Shown one piece after another: positions 9,593 through 20,876 of a DNA stretch of 40,000 nt. A program made the translations under genes and the position numbers. The DNA lies in the NCBI GenBank assembly GCA_043772005.1, contig JAYVGP010000009.1, positions 4,328 through 44,327 on the forward strand, read 5' to 3'. The DNA is from a bacterium. Lineage in GTDB: Bacteria; Patescibacteriota; Gracilibacteria; Absconditabacterales; Absconditicoccaceae. A model generated the notes under the pieces. The model saw nothing but the letters and a program-made list of their open reading frames with translations, was not told the origin of the DNA and made no database searches. The stretch's first letter is position 1. Every line of letters begins with the position of its first letter.

Positions 9593-11401
9593 CTAGTATT
9601 TCTGATTTTGTAAAAATTGATTGAACTTATCACACATCACATCAAATCACTCAGTGCTGGATGCGATCGTCTCTTCACCATGTACAAGTGTGATCGTAGC
9701 ATCGAGGTTTATAGTATTACTGATGGACTGATGTGCAAGAGCAGTAGTAATTCTCTCACGAGCGGTATCGAGGACCTCATCAATCGTCTTGTTGATACTA
9801 TGCAGATATGCCTCTGGAGACAATGGTTTACCTGTGGCTTGGAGTACGAGATCATCCATGGGCAATGAAGACCCAAACTTCCAAAAACGCTCCATTCGAG
9901 GTCAGACTTGTGGATTATCTAGAATGTATCCATCACGCTCAAAGAAGAACTCCCTATACTGATATACTGCCAAATCAGCCATGCCATACCCATGATAGCT
10001 ACATGCGCTCTCCCAGTTGAACGGATGAACTGCAAGCAATGGTCGTGGCAATGGCGTACTATGTGAAAAATAGTTGAGGCTGACTGTATTGGCAATATCA
10101 AGTACTTTGTCTGTGGTGAGGTCAGTGGATGTATAAATCTGTCTTTCAAACTGTACCATCGCAGCAATCGACATCATGCGACGACCTGCCAGTGGGTGAA
10201 GTTTACGAACTCTTGCCTCAAACTGCTCTCGTGGGAAATAGTCACCATCAAAATTCTGAGCATATAGTGTCTTGTACTCAATACTACTCATTACACTATC
10301 CATAAACATACTCTGTGTCTCTGCCCGAGCAGTAGAAGCTGGTGGGTATTCAGTATTGAGAATTACATCTTGCTGATCCATATGTGCAAAATGAGCTGCA
10401 TGTCCTCACTCATGAAATAGTGTATGTCACATATCAAATCCATCTCCTATCACATCAGGTCTCGAACAACAGGTAAACCCAATCTGGACGGACTGTCTGA
10501 ATCCATCGATATAGTGAGTAGGTACTGGCATATGACAGAAACCATTGTTGTATTTACCATCTCTTTCCATGAGATCAAGTTGCATCGTCGCACCATGATA
10601 GTTAACACCAAGTCTCGTCATGCATAGACCCCAATTCATGAGCTGATCCTGTAGGCGGAAATATGGATCTTCTTGCTTGGTAAAGTCTCATGAGAGGTAA
10701 TATCACATATTCCATGGCTCACGTAATCCTGGCTGATCCTTTTCCATTTCATACAGATACTGTCTTGAGCTTTCTGCTTGTTCATACAAATCATCAAAGA
10801 TTTTCCAGATTACCTCACAATCCATGCGCTCCTCAATCTGAGTCTTGTAATCATAGAAGTGCTTGTATCATAATGCTTGAGCATACTGGTTTCTGAGTGT
10901 AACAAGCTGGACATAGGGAGCGAGATCATCAAGAGGATACTGACAGATACCATGATAGTAGGCTTTTCTCAGGTTTTCGTCAGATTCTGTGACCATCTTA
11001 GCATACATTGATTTCTCTGACATAGAGACAAACTCTCCCGTAGTTGGATCAATATATCACTGGATACGGTTGGATCTGGATGTGTCGATACTCTTCTCCA
11101 ATGTGATGATTTGTGTTTTGAGATCTTGGAGTTCGTCTGGTGTAGAGTTGATACGGAAAAAATACTCCCAATGCTGTAATCTCTGGATCAACTCAGGATC
11201 TGACTCAATCACGAGTTGTACTTGCACCTGAGCGTAATATTCTGCTGATGATTTGAACCCATCGAGCGTCGTCTTAGTGGAAACGAATGGCTCATCGTAG
11301 GTTTTATCACCCATATAACTAAGCCAAAATGCTTCCTCATAAGGGATATGACTATCAAGGTAGGTTTGATTAAGATGGTTGAGGAGGTTGAGAGAAGACA
11401 T
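9593..11401 (-). CDS. pepF: M3-family oligoendopeptidase (PepF-like), 602 aa
   Basis: Track fragments 11057..11401, 10427..10639, 9902..10381 and 9647..9895 are all in one frame and joined by TGA. Zinc motif TLFHEGGHAAH, with the first G of GG as TGA at 10406-10408. TAG stop at 9595-9593. Confidence 0.8.
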
Positions 11402-11492
11402 AACACAAATAGTATATAATATTTAAAGAAGCTAGTCACCATGGCACTTGCTCAGAATCTCAGATGCAATCTACAAAAGATTTATGATAGTA

Positions 11493-11876
11493 TTATTCGT
11501 TCTCCCTTTCAGTGTTCCTCTTCTGTCTTGCTTTGGTCTGAGATGTGGTCAAGATCTGTACAATAAAGCTACTTGCAACCAAAAATAATGGAAGTCAGAC
11601 AAGAGCATAGAACATTGCTATGATTTTACCTCATACTGTGTGTGGACTAATATCCCCATATCCAAGCGAGGTAATACTGATCACACTAAAATATAATGAA
11701 TCAAAGTAACTACGACTCTCAAGAATACTAAAATAATATGATCCAAATCACACAATAATAATCACAAGTAATAATTCAATCTCCAATTTCTCTGCGAGAG
11801 TAAAAGTATGACTAAAAAAGTGTCTGAGGGGTTTGTGATATCGGCTTACTGGTTGGTTTTTCGTCAACTGTTTCAT
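11493..11876 (-). CDS. Minimal two-TM potassium channel (about 95-127 aa depending on the start)
   Basis: Selectivity filter ITSLGYGDISP, flanked by TM1 (LLLVIIIVGFGSYYFSIL) and TM2 (KIIAMFYALVGLPLFLVASSFIV). TAA stop at 11495-11493. The first in-frame ATG (11876-11874) lies inside the 3' end of the upstream helicase gene. Later TTG/GTG starts are possible. Confidence 0.65.
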
Positions 11877-13596
11877 CGGACTGAGACTGAGATGCTAAAA
11901 CTGGTGATGGCACTATACCATCAGAATATCTACTTGCGAGAGTAATAAGTTCTCCGATATTTTCCATACGCTCTTCTGCCTGAGGCTTGCCTTCATCATG
12001 GATCAGGAAGTCTTCATATTTGATATCTTTGACAATTTTGGCGAGGAGATCAGCAGGTGACAGCTGATCTACTACCTGAAAGCAATATGACATGAGTTGT
12101 GTAAACTGCTTGATAGGGGTGATAGTACGTGAGGTGAGTCAGATACTCGACCAATATTGATCAATATCGGTGATGATGTCGTGCAGTGATAGTCCATTTT
12201 TCTGACCATATTCCTCAAGTTTAGTGATTGTATCAGGTCCGATACTACGCTTGGGGACGTTGATAATACGCTTGAGGGCAACGGTATCACGAGGGTTATA
12301 GATATAACGCAGGTAGCTGATCATATCTTTGACCTCTCTACGCTCCAAGAAACGCAATCACCCAAAGATCTTATATGGCACTCACTCCGCAATCAATACT
12401 TGCTCAAAAGCATTGGACTGAGCATTTTTACGATAGAGAATTGCGAAGTCTGACCAGTTCATGGTTTGCTTACCTTTGATCTCGGAAAACAGATTCACGA
12501 CAGTCTTGGCTTCTGCCATCTCGTTATCGTTGGTGATATGGATGATCTTCTCTGTCCCATCGCGATGAGCAACAATATCTTTGGAGTATTGTTTGGTATT
12601 GTTTTTGATGATGTGTGAGCCTGCATGGACGATATGAGGTTTGGAGCGGTAGTTGGTTTGGAGCTTATAGATGACAATGTCTGGTCGCATTGATTTGACG
12701 TTGAGAAAGTTTTCCATCATAGCGCCACGCCAACGATAGATACTCTGAAAGTCATCACCAATAAATGTGATATTGCCTTTGTGTGTATCGCAGTCTGCAG
12801 CAAGCAGCTTCATAAGCTCAAACTGAATCCAGTTGGTATCTTGCGCCTCATCGACTAAAATCTGGGGGAAACGGCGCTGTCGCTTGAGTGTAATCTCAGG
12901 ATTGTCACGCAAGATGAGATAAGGAATTAAGAGGAGATCATCAAAGTCACACATATTTGCCTTATGTAACTCTTGTTCATAACGATCATAGACCATTGCT
13001 TCTCGCTCTTCCTGCTGTGAGTTAACGAGACGAAGTGCGCGCTGAGCAACAACTCACTTATTCTTGTAGCGAGAGATCGCTCATTGGGCATCTTGATATT
13101 TGAGACGCTCTTCATATTTGAGCTCTTTGATGATATTTTTGATCACTGACTGACACTCTCCTGTATCATAGACTCCGAAATCTTTGGTCAATCCATGTCC
13201 AAATGCCTCAATCTCAATCTTGAGAAAACGCAGAAATGTGGAGTGGAAGGTTCAGACCCATGGGAACGTAATTGGAGCTGAAGAGACTGAGAATGCTTCT
13301 CACGCATCCTCTTGACTCTTTTTAGCTTCTTTTTCTTTTTCAGCTTGTAAGTCCTTGGAGATTTTGATCAACCTTTCCTTCATCTCGTTGGCTGCCTTGT
13401 TGGTAAAGGTCACTGCAAGAATACCGGAAGGATCAAACCCACAGCCATGAACTAAATAGGCTATCTTATACGTCAGAACACGGGTTTTACCAGATCATGC
13501 TCATGCTAAAATCAACGAGCTTGTGTCATAATGCACAGCAGCGAGATATTGTTCTTCATTGAGCTGAGATTTGATGTATATTTGGATTGGAGTCAT
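11812..13596 (-). CDS. pcrA: UvrD/PcrA-family helicase, C-terminally short (594 aa; motifs V/VI region absent)
   Basis: ATG 13596-13594. Walker A LILAGAGSGKTRVL with TGA at 13501-13503 and 13495-13497. Also present: [28 protein letters not shown]. Track fragments 12382..12996, 12139..12357 and 11812..12093 are in the same frame. It ends with a low-complexity tail ([26 protein letters not shown]) and TAG at 11814-11812. Confidence 0.8.
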
Positions 13597-13643
13597 AAAA
13601 CCCTTATAGTGATTGTCTTGGATGGTTCAATCTCAAGTCATGA

Positions 13644-14495
13644 CTATTGTCTGATGCATTTGGAAAACCTCTCATCTTCGGGACACTGAGCCGCACGAGC
13701 ATTGATATGATATTGTTGTTGCAATTCGTCTAATGTGAGATTCAGTAGATTTTGGATCAATCACAGTTCATATGCCAACTCATTACTATATGATGGCAGG
13801 ATAAGCTTCCACGAAAATGGGACACGATCCTCACGAAGTTTGTTGATATGAGATCGGATAGAACTGGTGCAGTTGGGATAGATGGTATTGTAGAATTCTG
13901 GTGTCTGACTCAACTCCTGAGCTCTGGTCACCATATCAGTAAATAGTTGTCTCATCTTGTCTGGTGTGGTCTGGATCGGATACATGTATACTTGATCTTT
14001 GCGATGATTGGCGCGTAGAGCGATGACGTCTTGCTCACTCGCTATGACATACATGAGCTCATATTGCCCAGCCAGTCACTTGAGAGGATCATAATGCTCC
14101 CCTACTTCTTTGCGAGTCTCGATCGAGATCGATACATATTCTCAACTAAATCAAAAGCTTAAGAACGTATGAGCTGGACCACGATAATCACTGAAAGGCT
14201 CGACGACGAATCGCAACTCATCCAAGGAAGTCAGATCAAATGTTTTATCATAATAAGTTACAATATAGTCCTCGGTTGTACGATAGCGAGTATTGCGGAT
14301 ATTGTGAATTGTAATGAGGTCACCCGAAAGCGTCGCAGTCGGCATCACAGCCACGTCAGGGTACCAGTTGCGATTCAGGCTGGGAGTCTGTAGTTGTGCA
14401 TAGATCGTGAGACCAACAAGCACAAGCATCAGAAGTCACAGTGCTCATCAGATTGCTCGAGCGAGTATTTTAGAAACGATTTTGATATATTTCAT
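13644..14495 (-). CDS. DUF4105-like (Lnb N-terminal domain) membrane-anchored protein, 283 aa
   Basis: ATG 14495-14493. Track fragments 14151..14429 and 13761..14054 join via TGA. N-terminal TM segment plus the NRNWYPDVAVMP...IHNIRN...FVVEPFS pattern typical of DUF4105. TAG stop at 13646-13644. Confidence 0.6.
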
Positions 14496-14544
14496 ATGCT
14501 GGTATAGTATATTTACTAACTAAAGCGAATTAAACTACGACGTG

Positions 14545-14590
14545 ATAGTTAGATACTACATAGTCAAACGCTATTAGTAATCAAAGTTTT
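14545..14590 (-). promoter_or_regulatory. Conserved 45-bp promoter-like box, copy B, facing the DUF4105-like gene
   Basis: The minus strand reads AAAACTTTGATTACTAATAGCGTTTGACTATGTAGTATCTAACTAT, a near-duplicate of 848-893. It ends about 50 bp upstream of the ATG at 14495. Confidence 0.4.
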
Positions 14591-14625
14591 ATTTTATTGC
14601 AAGTTAGCTCATTTAGCAAGGCATT

Positions 14626-14660
14626 ACTTTGATTGTATGAGAGTTTGACTATATTAGTGA
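14626..14660 (+). promoter_or_regulatory. Promoter-like box, copy C (degenerate), facing the MazG-like gene
   Basis: ACTTTGATTGTATGAGAGTTTGACTATATTAGTGA shares the TTGATT...TTTGACTAT(G/A)T core with copies A and B. It sits back-to-back with copy B in a divergent intergenic region. Confidence 0.35.
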
Positions 14661-14778
14661 ATTTGAGTTTGAAAACAAATACAAGTCTTGTTTTATGAGG
14701 AGAAACGATTATCTTGTAATTGTATAATAAAATAATATAAAAGAATATGTTCTTTTTTATTTTCTTTTGATTAATTCA

Positions 14779-15099
14779 ATGAATGTTAGTGAATTACTGT
14801 GAATTATCGATCAATTGCATGATCAATTTGCATTACAGTGAATTGATCCGGAAAAAGAACTACTCTACAGGCACCTCAAACTCACAGAAGAAGTAGGCGA
14901 GCTCAGTAACGACATCATGTTGTACCTATGACACCAGAGAAAAGAAAAGCTCGATTGATTTGAACTCGATAACCTTGGTCATGAGGTAGTAGATGTTGTT
15001 CTTGCTGCATTATTGGTGGGTAGAATGACCTGAGTAGATCTTGAGCAAGCATTTGATTATAAAACCAACAAGATTAAGACAAGATTTAATTTGAAATAG
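14779..15099 (+). CDS. MazG-like nucleotide pyrophosphohydrolase domain protein (106 aa)
   Basis: ATG 14779. Reads through four TGA codons. The pattern LKLTEEVGELSNDI...ELDNLGHEVVDVVLAALLVGRMTGVDLEQAFDYKTNKIKTRF matches the small MazG/NTP-PPase fold. TAG stop at 15097-15099. Confidence 0.6.
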
Positions 15100-15140
15100 A
15101 ATCACACTATAGACTTTATACCTTTACAAACCCCAATCTC

Positions 15141-16280
15141 ATGAACTACAATCAACTCGCTCTCGAAGCCCACAAACTACACAAATGAAAACTCGGAACT
15201 CATAGCATTCCGAAACTCGAAACCAGAGATGATCTTTCAACTTATTATAGCCCTGGTGTAGCTGCCCCATGTCTCGCTATCGAACAAAACCCCGAACTCG
15301 CCTATGACTATACCTGGAAATCTCGTACGATCGCAGTAGTCAGTGACGGCAGTGCTGTCTTATGACTGGGGAATCTGGGCTGACTGGCATCATTGCCCGT
15401 GATGGAGGGTAAATGTATTTTATTTAAAGAATTTGGATGAGTAGATGCAGTGCCAATTGTACTCAATACTCAAGATCCAGACGAAATCATCGAGACGGTG
15501 TTACGCATTAGTCCAACATTCTGAGGAATCAACTTGGAAGATATCAAAGCTCCAGAGTGTTTCTATATTGAGGAGGAATTGAAAAAAAGAGCATGAATCC
15601 CAATCTTCCACGATGATCAACATGGTACTGCAATCGTCGTACTCGCGGGTCTCATCAACGCCCTCAAAGTAAACAACAAGATAATGTCAGACATCAAAAT
15701 TGTGATGACTGGAGCTGGAGCTGCCGGTATTGCGATTGCGAAATTACTATGGAAAGCATGAGCGACCAACATTATTATGGTTGATACCAAATGAGCAATC
15801 CATCACGGCAGAACTGATCTCAATAAATATAAATCTGAGATTGCTGACTACAATCGTGACACTCTCAGTGGTTCGCTGTCTGAAATAATCATTGGGGCAG
15901 ATGTATTTATTGGAGTATCTGGACCCGGTACGCTGGATCAAGACATGGTCAGAACTATGAGTACAGATGCAATCGTCTTTGGTCTTGCTAACCCAATCCC
16001 TGAGATTATGCCTGAGGATGCCAAAGCAGCCTGAGCGCTCATTATTGCTACTGGTAGGTCAGATTACCCAAATCAAATCAATAATATATTGGCTTTCCCA
16101 TGACTATTTAAGGGAGTATTACAGGCTCGTATCCCACAGATCACTGACGACCATAAACTCGCAGCTGCATTTGCTCTTGCAAATTATGTCACAAACCCTA
16201 CCGTAGATATGATCGTACCCAACGCACTGGACAAAGCTGTAGCTGATATAGTAGCACAGGCAGTAATAGGCGTCAAATAA
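15141..16280 (+). CDS. NAD(P)-dependent malic enzyme, short form (379 aa)
   Basis: ATG 15141. Motifs: [85 protein letters not shown]. Many of the conserved glycines are TGA (e.g. 15363-15365, 15381-15383). TAA stop at 16278-16280. Confidence 0.9.
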
Positions 16281-16302
16281 GATTTATTCTCTTTCTTATC
16301 AT

Positions 16303-16770
16303 ATGAAAAACTTGATTGTATTCTTACTCTTGATCGTAGTGACAGTAACCATATACATCGCGATCAGTGATCGTGTCCAGCTTGAAGAAGATGTTCTCAG
16401 TAGTATCCAGTTTGGATCTATCACCCATCTGCCCAGACCTGCCCCTATACTCTCCTGAGTAGTACAAGCCATGACCTGATGACGAATAGTCTCTGGATTT
16501 GTAGCAAATGGTACTGAACCATTCTGGGCTGCGGACTTCTCTGGCACCACACTTCTCTGGCAAAGTCCGGATATGGGAAGTATCGTGGTCAGTGGATTTG
16601 TAGGACCTATTAGCTCATGATCTGCACTCATATGGACAGAAAGCGGCAGCAATACAATCATCAGTATTATGTCATGAGCATGTAACAATGGTATGTCAGA
16701 TATAGTGTTTAGCGGATCAATTGATCTAGTGTTTAGCGGACAAACTCGAGAAGGCTGTATTTCATACTAA
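16303..16770 (+). CDS. Membrane-anchored hypothetical protein (155 aa), possibly COG3650-like
   Basis: ATG 16303 with an N-terminal TM/signal segment (MKNLIVFLLLIVVTVTIYIAI). GTEPFWAADFSG and C..GMSD resemble the EPFW / C.D.MSG pattern of COG3650 proteins (from memory). Reads through several TGA codons. The 129-aa track ORF on the opposite strand is judged spurious. Confidence 0.45.
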
Positions 16771-16778
16771 AATATCTA

Positions 16779-16810
16779 TTGACATTTGTTTATAAATTGT
16801 TTATTATAAT
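16779..16810 (+). promoter_or_regulatory. Sigma70-type promoter for the gene at 16838
   Basis: TTGACA (16779-16784), 17-nt spacer, TATTAT (16802-16807), overlapping TATAAT at 16805-16810. About 30 nt upstream of the ATG. Confidence 0.5.
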
Positions 16811-16837
16811 TGCATAACTTTATCCTTATCTCCCATT

Positions 16838-17530
16838 ATGTCGTCGCCTGACTTACCCCATCAAACCCTAGAACTACAAGCTCCAAAGAAATTAGAAAAC
16901 AGCTCGAAATCACTATTTGATATCCTAGCACAAACAATTACGGATTCTTGGGAACAGATCCTAGAATGGAATAAAAGACAAAACTTTATTGATAGATTGG
17001 TAAATAGTAAAAAGACTAATCGGTGAAATCCAGAGTTTGAAAAAGATTTTTTTGTCAAAAGAACTACTCCCGATCAGCCAGCACTAACGGCTAAAGATGC
17101 TATGAGTTTCGACGAGCAAAACCGAACTAACAATGAATATTTAATTTCTCTATCTTGAGGTCGCGACTATAGACCTACTACATATTATACTTGAAAGGGG
17201 GTGGTAATGGGTTCTTATCCCAACCATACAATCACCACTAAGGAACCCAGCTTCCAAACTAAATGACTTGGAGAAGGATTAGTAGGGGGTATTATTCTCA
17301 AACAACCTAAACCTCAAACTAAATGACTTGGAGGAGTATGAAGTGAAAAAATCATCACTAAATGATGAGAACAAAAACTAACATGATTATGAAATAAAGA
17401 TGATTCAAAGATAGAATATCCATTTAAGCCATCGAATGGTATGTTTGATTCTACCAGTACACTTACAAGAGTTAATAAGAGAGCCTGAATGAATCCCGAT
17501 ATTCACTTATCAGCGAATGAATATCTATAA
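16838..17530 (+). CDS. Hypothetical protein (230 aa) with an internal duplicated PQTKGLG segment
   Basis: Track ORF 16838..17026 continues through 12 TGA codons to TAA at 17528-17530. The 19-nt string caaactaaatgacttggag occurs twice (about 17262 and 17319), giving QTKGLGEG... and QTKGLGGV... Confidence 0.5.
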
Positions 17531-17645
17531 ATACAAGGTATTATAAAAAGATCAAATTAATTATAAATTGCGAAAATATCAGCAATCTTTACTATCAGTA
17601 ACAGCTCAATCTTGTATTTAATGAGCTTTTATGTATTATGAGATT

Positions 17646-18647
17646 ATGAACATAACTATTTGACCAGACGAAGCCGACCAGAGATTTGATCGCTACCTAC
17701 GTAAATTATTTAAAAAATATCGTGAAATCTGACTCGGTGACATTTTTTCATGGATCAGAACTGGTCTTATCACGGTCAATGGTCGTAAAGCAAAGCAAGA
17801 CTATAGAATCAAACGCGGAGATGTGATTGAAGTATGAAATATTAAGGAGATTGAAAGTGCAACACATCAAGTATTTAGCACAAAGCTTGGTAGACAAACT
17901 ACGAAGCCCAAGATGAATGTTGCCAACCTCAAGAAACTCATTATCTATGAAGACGGTAACTGGATCTTCTGGAACAAGCCAGCAGGGGTCGTGATCCATC
18001 CAAGTACCAACCACTATAAGGATGCTTGTATGAATGATTACTTGGAGCAGTATCTATGATTTGAAGATGATGGAAATAGCGAGACATTTAAACCATCATT
18101 TTGCTATCGTTTGGACAAAGATACGTCCGGAGTTCTTATTGCAGCTAAGACATACGATGCGCTTAAGCACCTTAACGAAATGATCAGAACTCGTGATGAG
18201 GGTATCGAAAAATATTATCTTGCAGTGGTAGTGGGTAAACCAGCAGACCAAACCATCGACGCACCACTATTCAAATGATTTAGCGAGAAAATGTGAAAGG
18301 GTCAGACCTTTGTTAATTATGAAAAATGAGTAAAAGCGATTTCAATTATTGAAACACTCCAAACTGTGGATCATCGTGATTTAGGTGAAATATCTCTCAT
18401 CAAAGTTAGAATCCTAACTGGACGCATGCATCAAATTCGTGTGCACTGTACGCATATTGGTCATCCAGTGCTGTGAGATATTGCCTATGGTAGCAAACAA
18501 CATAACGAATTATTGGCCAAAAAGTATAGTATCACGAGACAACTTCTTCATTCGTATCAGTATGGATTCCGTAGTATGGATGATAGCTGGATTGAACGTA
18601 ATTGTCCCGCTCCACAAGAATTTGCATTTTTATGACTACATGTGTAA
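17646..18647 (+). CDS. rluD: RluA-family 23S rRNA pseudouridine synthase with N-terminal S4 domain (RluD-like), 333 aa
   Basis: S4-like N-terminus (RFDRYLRKLF...ITVNGRKAKQDYRIKRGDVIEV). Catalytic region FCYRLDKDTSGVLIAAKT and GRMHQIRVHCTHIGHPVLGDIAYG, with the G of LGD as TGA. An alternative in-frame ATG exists at 17631. TAA stop at 18645-18647. Confidence 0.85.
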
Positions 18648-18675
18648 TATAAGTTATTAGCCTTTTAGTAGAAAG

Positions 18676-19269
18676 ATGGAAATAAGTATTGAAAAAGCAA
18701 TTTGAAATTGGAAAGATTCGCGTAACCCAATTATCATAGTGGCATCAACCATACAAGATATTGTACGTGGCATTCCTAAACTTATGGAAATACAAGCTAA
18801 AACATCAGCAAGTGTATTGTGAATATTTAGTCGTACACTAAACTTTTGAAAAGAAATTGGTCTTGATTGTTCTTGCAAAGATTGGCTCAATAGCAACGAA
18901 GGGACTCACTATCTTGATATGTGTAAACAGCTATGTCTCAATACTGATATTAATCAAGAAAAATCCCAAAAGATACTACAGTCACTATTTAAAGACTATC
19001 AACAAATAGTGCAAAAGTCTCACTGAGAGACACCTGAAATAGTAGCCTGAGACTATCTTGAGCATATGCGGGATATGTCAGGACATATTACTAAAAGTCG
19101 ATGAGAGCGATTGATTGAGCAAATATACTATGAACTATATACTGAAGAAAGTATCATGATTGGTAATGATTCTATAAAAAAACTACATAAATTTATCGAA
19201 AGAATGGAGCAGTATAAAGAAAATGCTTTTATCGATCCATATAAACAAAAAACTAACCATAACAGCTAG
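18676..19269 (+). CDS. Hypothetical protein (197 aa)
   Basis: ATG 18676. One frame is open with TGA=Gly to TAG at 19267-19269. No recognisable motifs. The opposite-strand track ORF 18657..18896 is judged less likely. Confidence 0.4.
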
Positions 19270-19276
19270 TTTTATG

Positions 19277-19348
19277 CAGGCCCTGCAAGACTCGAACTCG
19301 CGACGCGAGGCTTTGGAGACCTCCGCTCTACCTCTGAGCTAAGGGCCT
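19277..19348 (-). tRNA. tRNA-Trp (anticodon CCA)
   Basis: Hand fold: acceptor AGGCCCT/AGGGCCT with A1-U72 and G73, D arm GCTC-AGAGGTA-GAGC, anticodon arm GAGGT-CTCCAAA-GCCTC, T arm GCGAG-TTCGAGT-CTTGC. Confidence 0.9.
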
Positions 19349-19389
19349 AGTATGTGAGTATATAATGATTATGAGACTAGTTTCAATCA

Positions 19390-20853
19390 CTAGTTTTTTG
19401 TTTTGGTAAAATTGATCATAATAGTCTGCATATCACCAGTACTACGAAGATGATATGCTGCTCACTGTGCAGGTGGAGCGGAGAAGATTTTAGTTTGATC
19501 ACCATCACCACTAACCTGATCAAATATGATACCTGTGCCTGCAAACACGACCGAACGATACTCGAACAATGGATTCAATCCAAGGATATGACGCTCACGA
19601 TCAGTCAGGTTAATACCATATTGCTCCTGTAGTTGATCAATCGTACGAAGGTATTGTGAAGGGACTGATAGTGTATAATTGATATGGAGCTCATATGATC
19701 ATACCGGTAGAACTGAAATATCAAGAATATTATCTTGCGACTGCATCATCTCCTGGCCGTCACTAGCCTCAATTGATATATGTTTGATAACAAAGGTATC
19801 AATCTTATTATATGATTGATTAAGATCCCATAGATACAGATGCTGCGACTCAAGATCAGTGATCCAGTTAAACTGCTTGAGTGTAGAACGAAATGCTGGG
19901 TCAATGTCTGGTAAATATATTTGCATCATCCCAGGAGCGAATAATTGTCAATAATTCGTTAATGCCTGTCCTAGTAATGATACTTTATTCTGACTCACAT
20001 ATTGTTGTACTTCGTCCATGTAGAGCTGCTTTTTGAATCATGTATCAGAACCACGAATCAGATCGACCGATGCATTGATAAACTGCCGCTTCCACAACTG
20101 TGCTTGCAGCAATGGTACTAGTTTCGTTAGTGTCTTAGTACTAATAAAGAATACACCATCAATAGTGGTATCGTATGTTTTGTTATAGATAGCAGAAATT
20201 GCAAAACCATCACGATCAGTAAAGCCAAATTTGTTACCAGCAATAAAGGTCGCCGTATTGTGTCATAGATAATGCTTAGTCCATTCAGGAAGTGAAAGCA
20301 CTACTCATGAATTACTAAATGGTACCTCATAACTATCATGAATACTCATATCTTGAATCACCCCACTTGTAACTTTTACACGGACAAATGAACCATAAAA
20401 ACCACCATTGGGTCTGACTTCTGCACTATTCTGTAGAAGAATCAAGTAGGTCTTAGGCTCACGATATCATAGATAGTCTAATAGCAACTCACGATGAGGA
20501 TACAAATCACATCATAATTCGGACGTGAATCAGGTCAGTATAACAGCTAATTCTTGTGAAGGAGCACAACTCTCCTGATACCAATCATCATAAAGCTGAA
20601 GTAGTTGATCTTGAGGTATAGATTTGTTCTGCTTGAAGTAGTTGATCAAGGTGAGTGCTGTGCGCTGAACTGATGGACTATGGATAGTAGACAGAGCAAA
20701 AGACCTTAGAGATCACAGAGAGAGTGATTGAGTCTTACTGACAAACTGCTGTAATCATCGTGATATAACAAAAACACACAACAAGAGTATAGTAATCAAC
20801 CGCCGGACAAACCTACGCCACTGCTTCGGCTTTGTAATTATAGCAAATCACAT
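19390..20853 (-). CDS. DUF4012 domain protein (487 aa), N-terminal TM anchor
   Basis: ATG 20853-20851. Hallmark LILLQNSAEVRPNGGFYGSFVRVKVTSGVIQD. Track ORF 19699..19929 is in the same frame. TAG stop at 19392-19390. It starts 24 bp after the stop of the lamin-tail gene. Confidence 0.7.
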
Positions 20854-20876
20854 AATATTGGGGCTAACTGATTTCA

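Noticed and set aside
16299-16688. 129-aa minus-strand track ORF.
   Set aside because: The plus strand carries a better model (16303-16770) with a TM anchor and an EPFW/C..GMSD pattern that directly follows the malic enzyme gene. The minus ORF has no start context or motifs.
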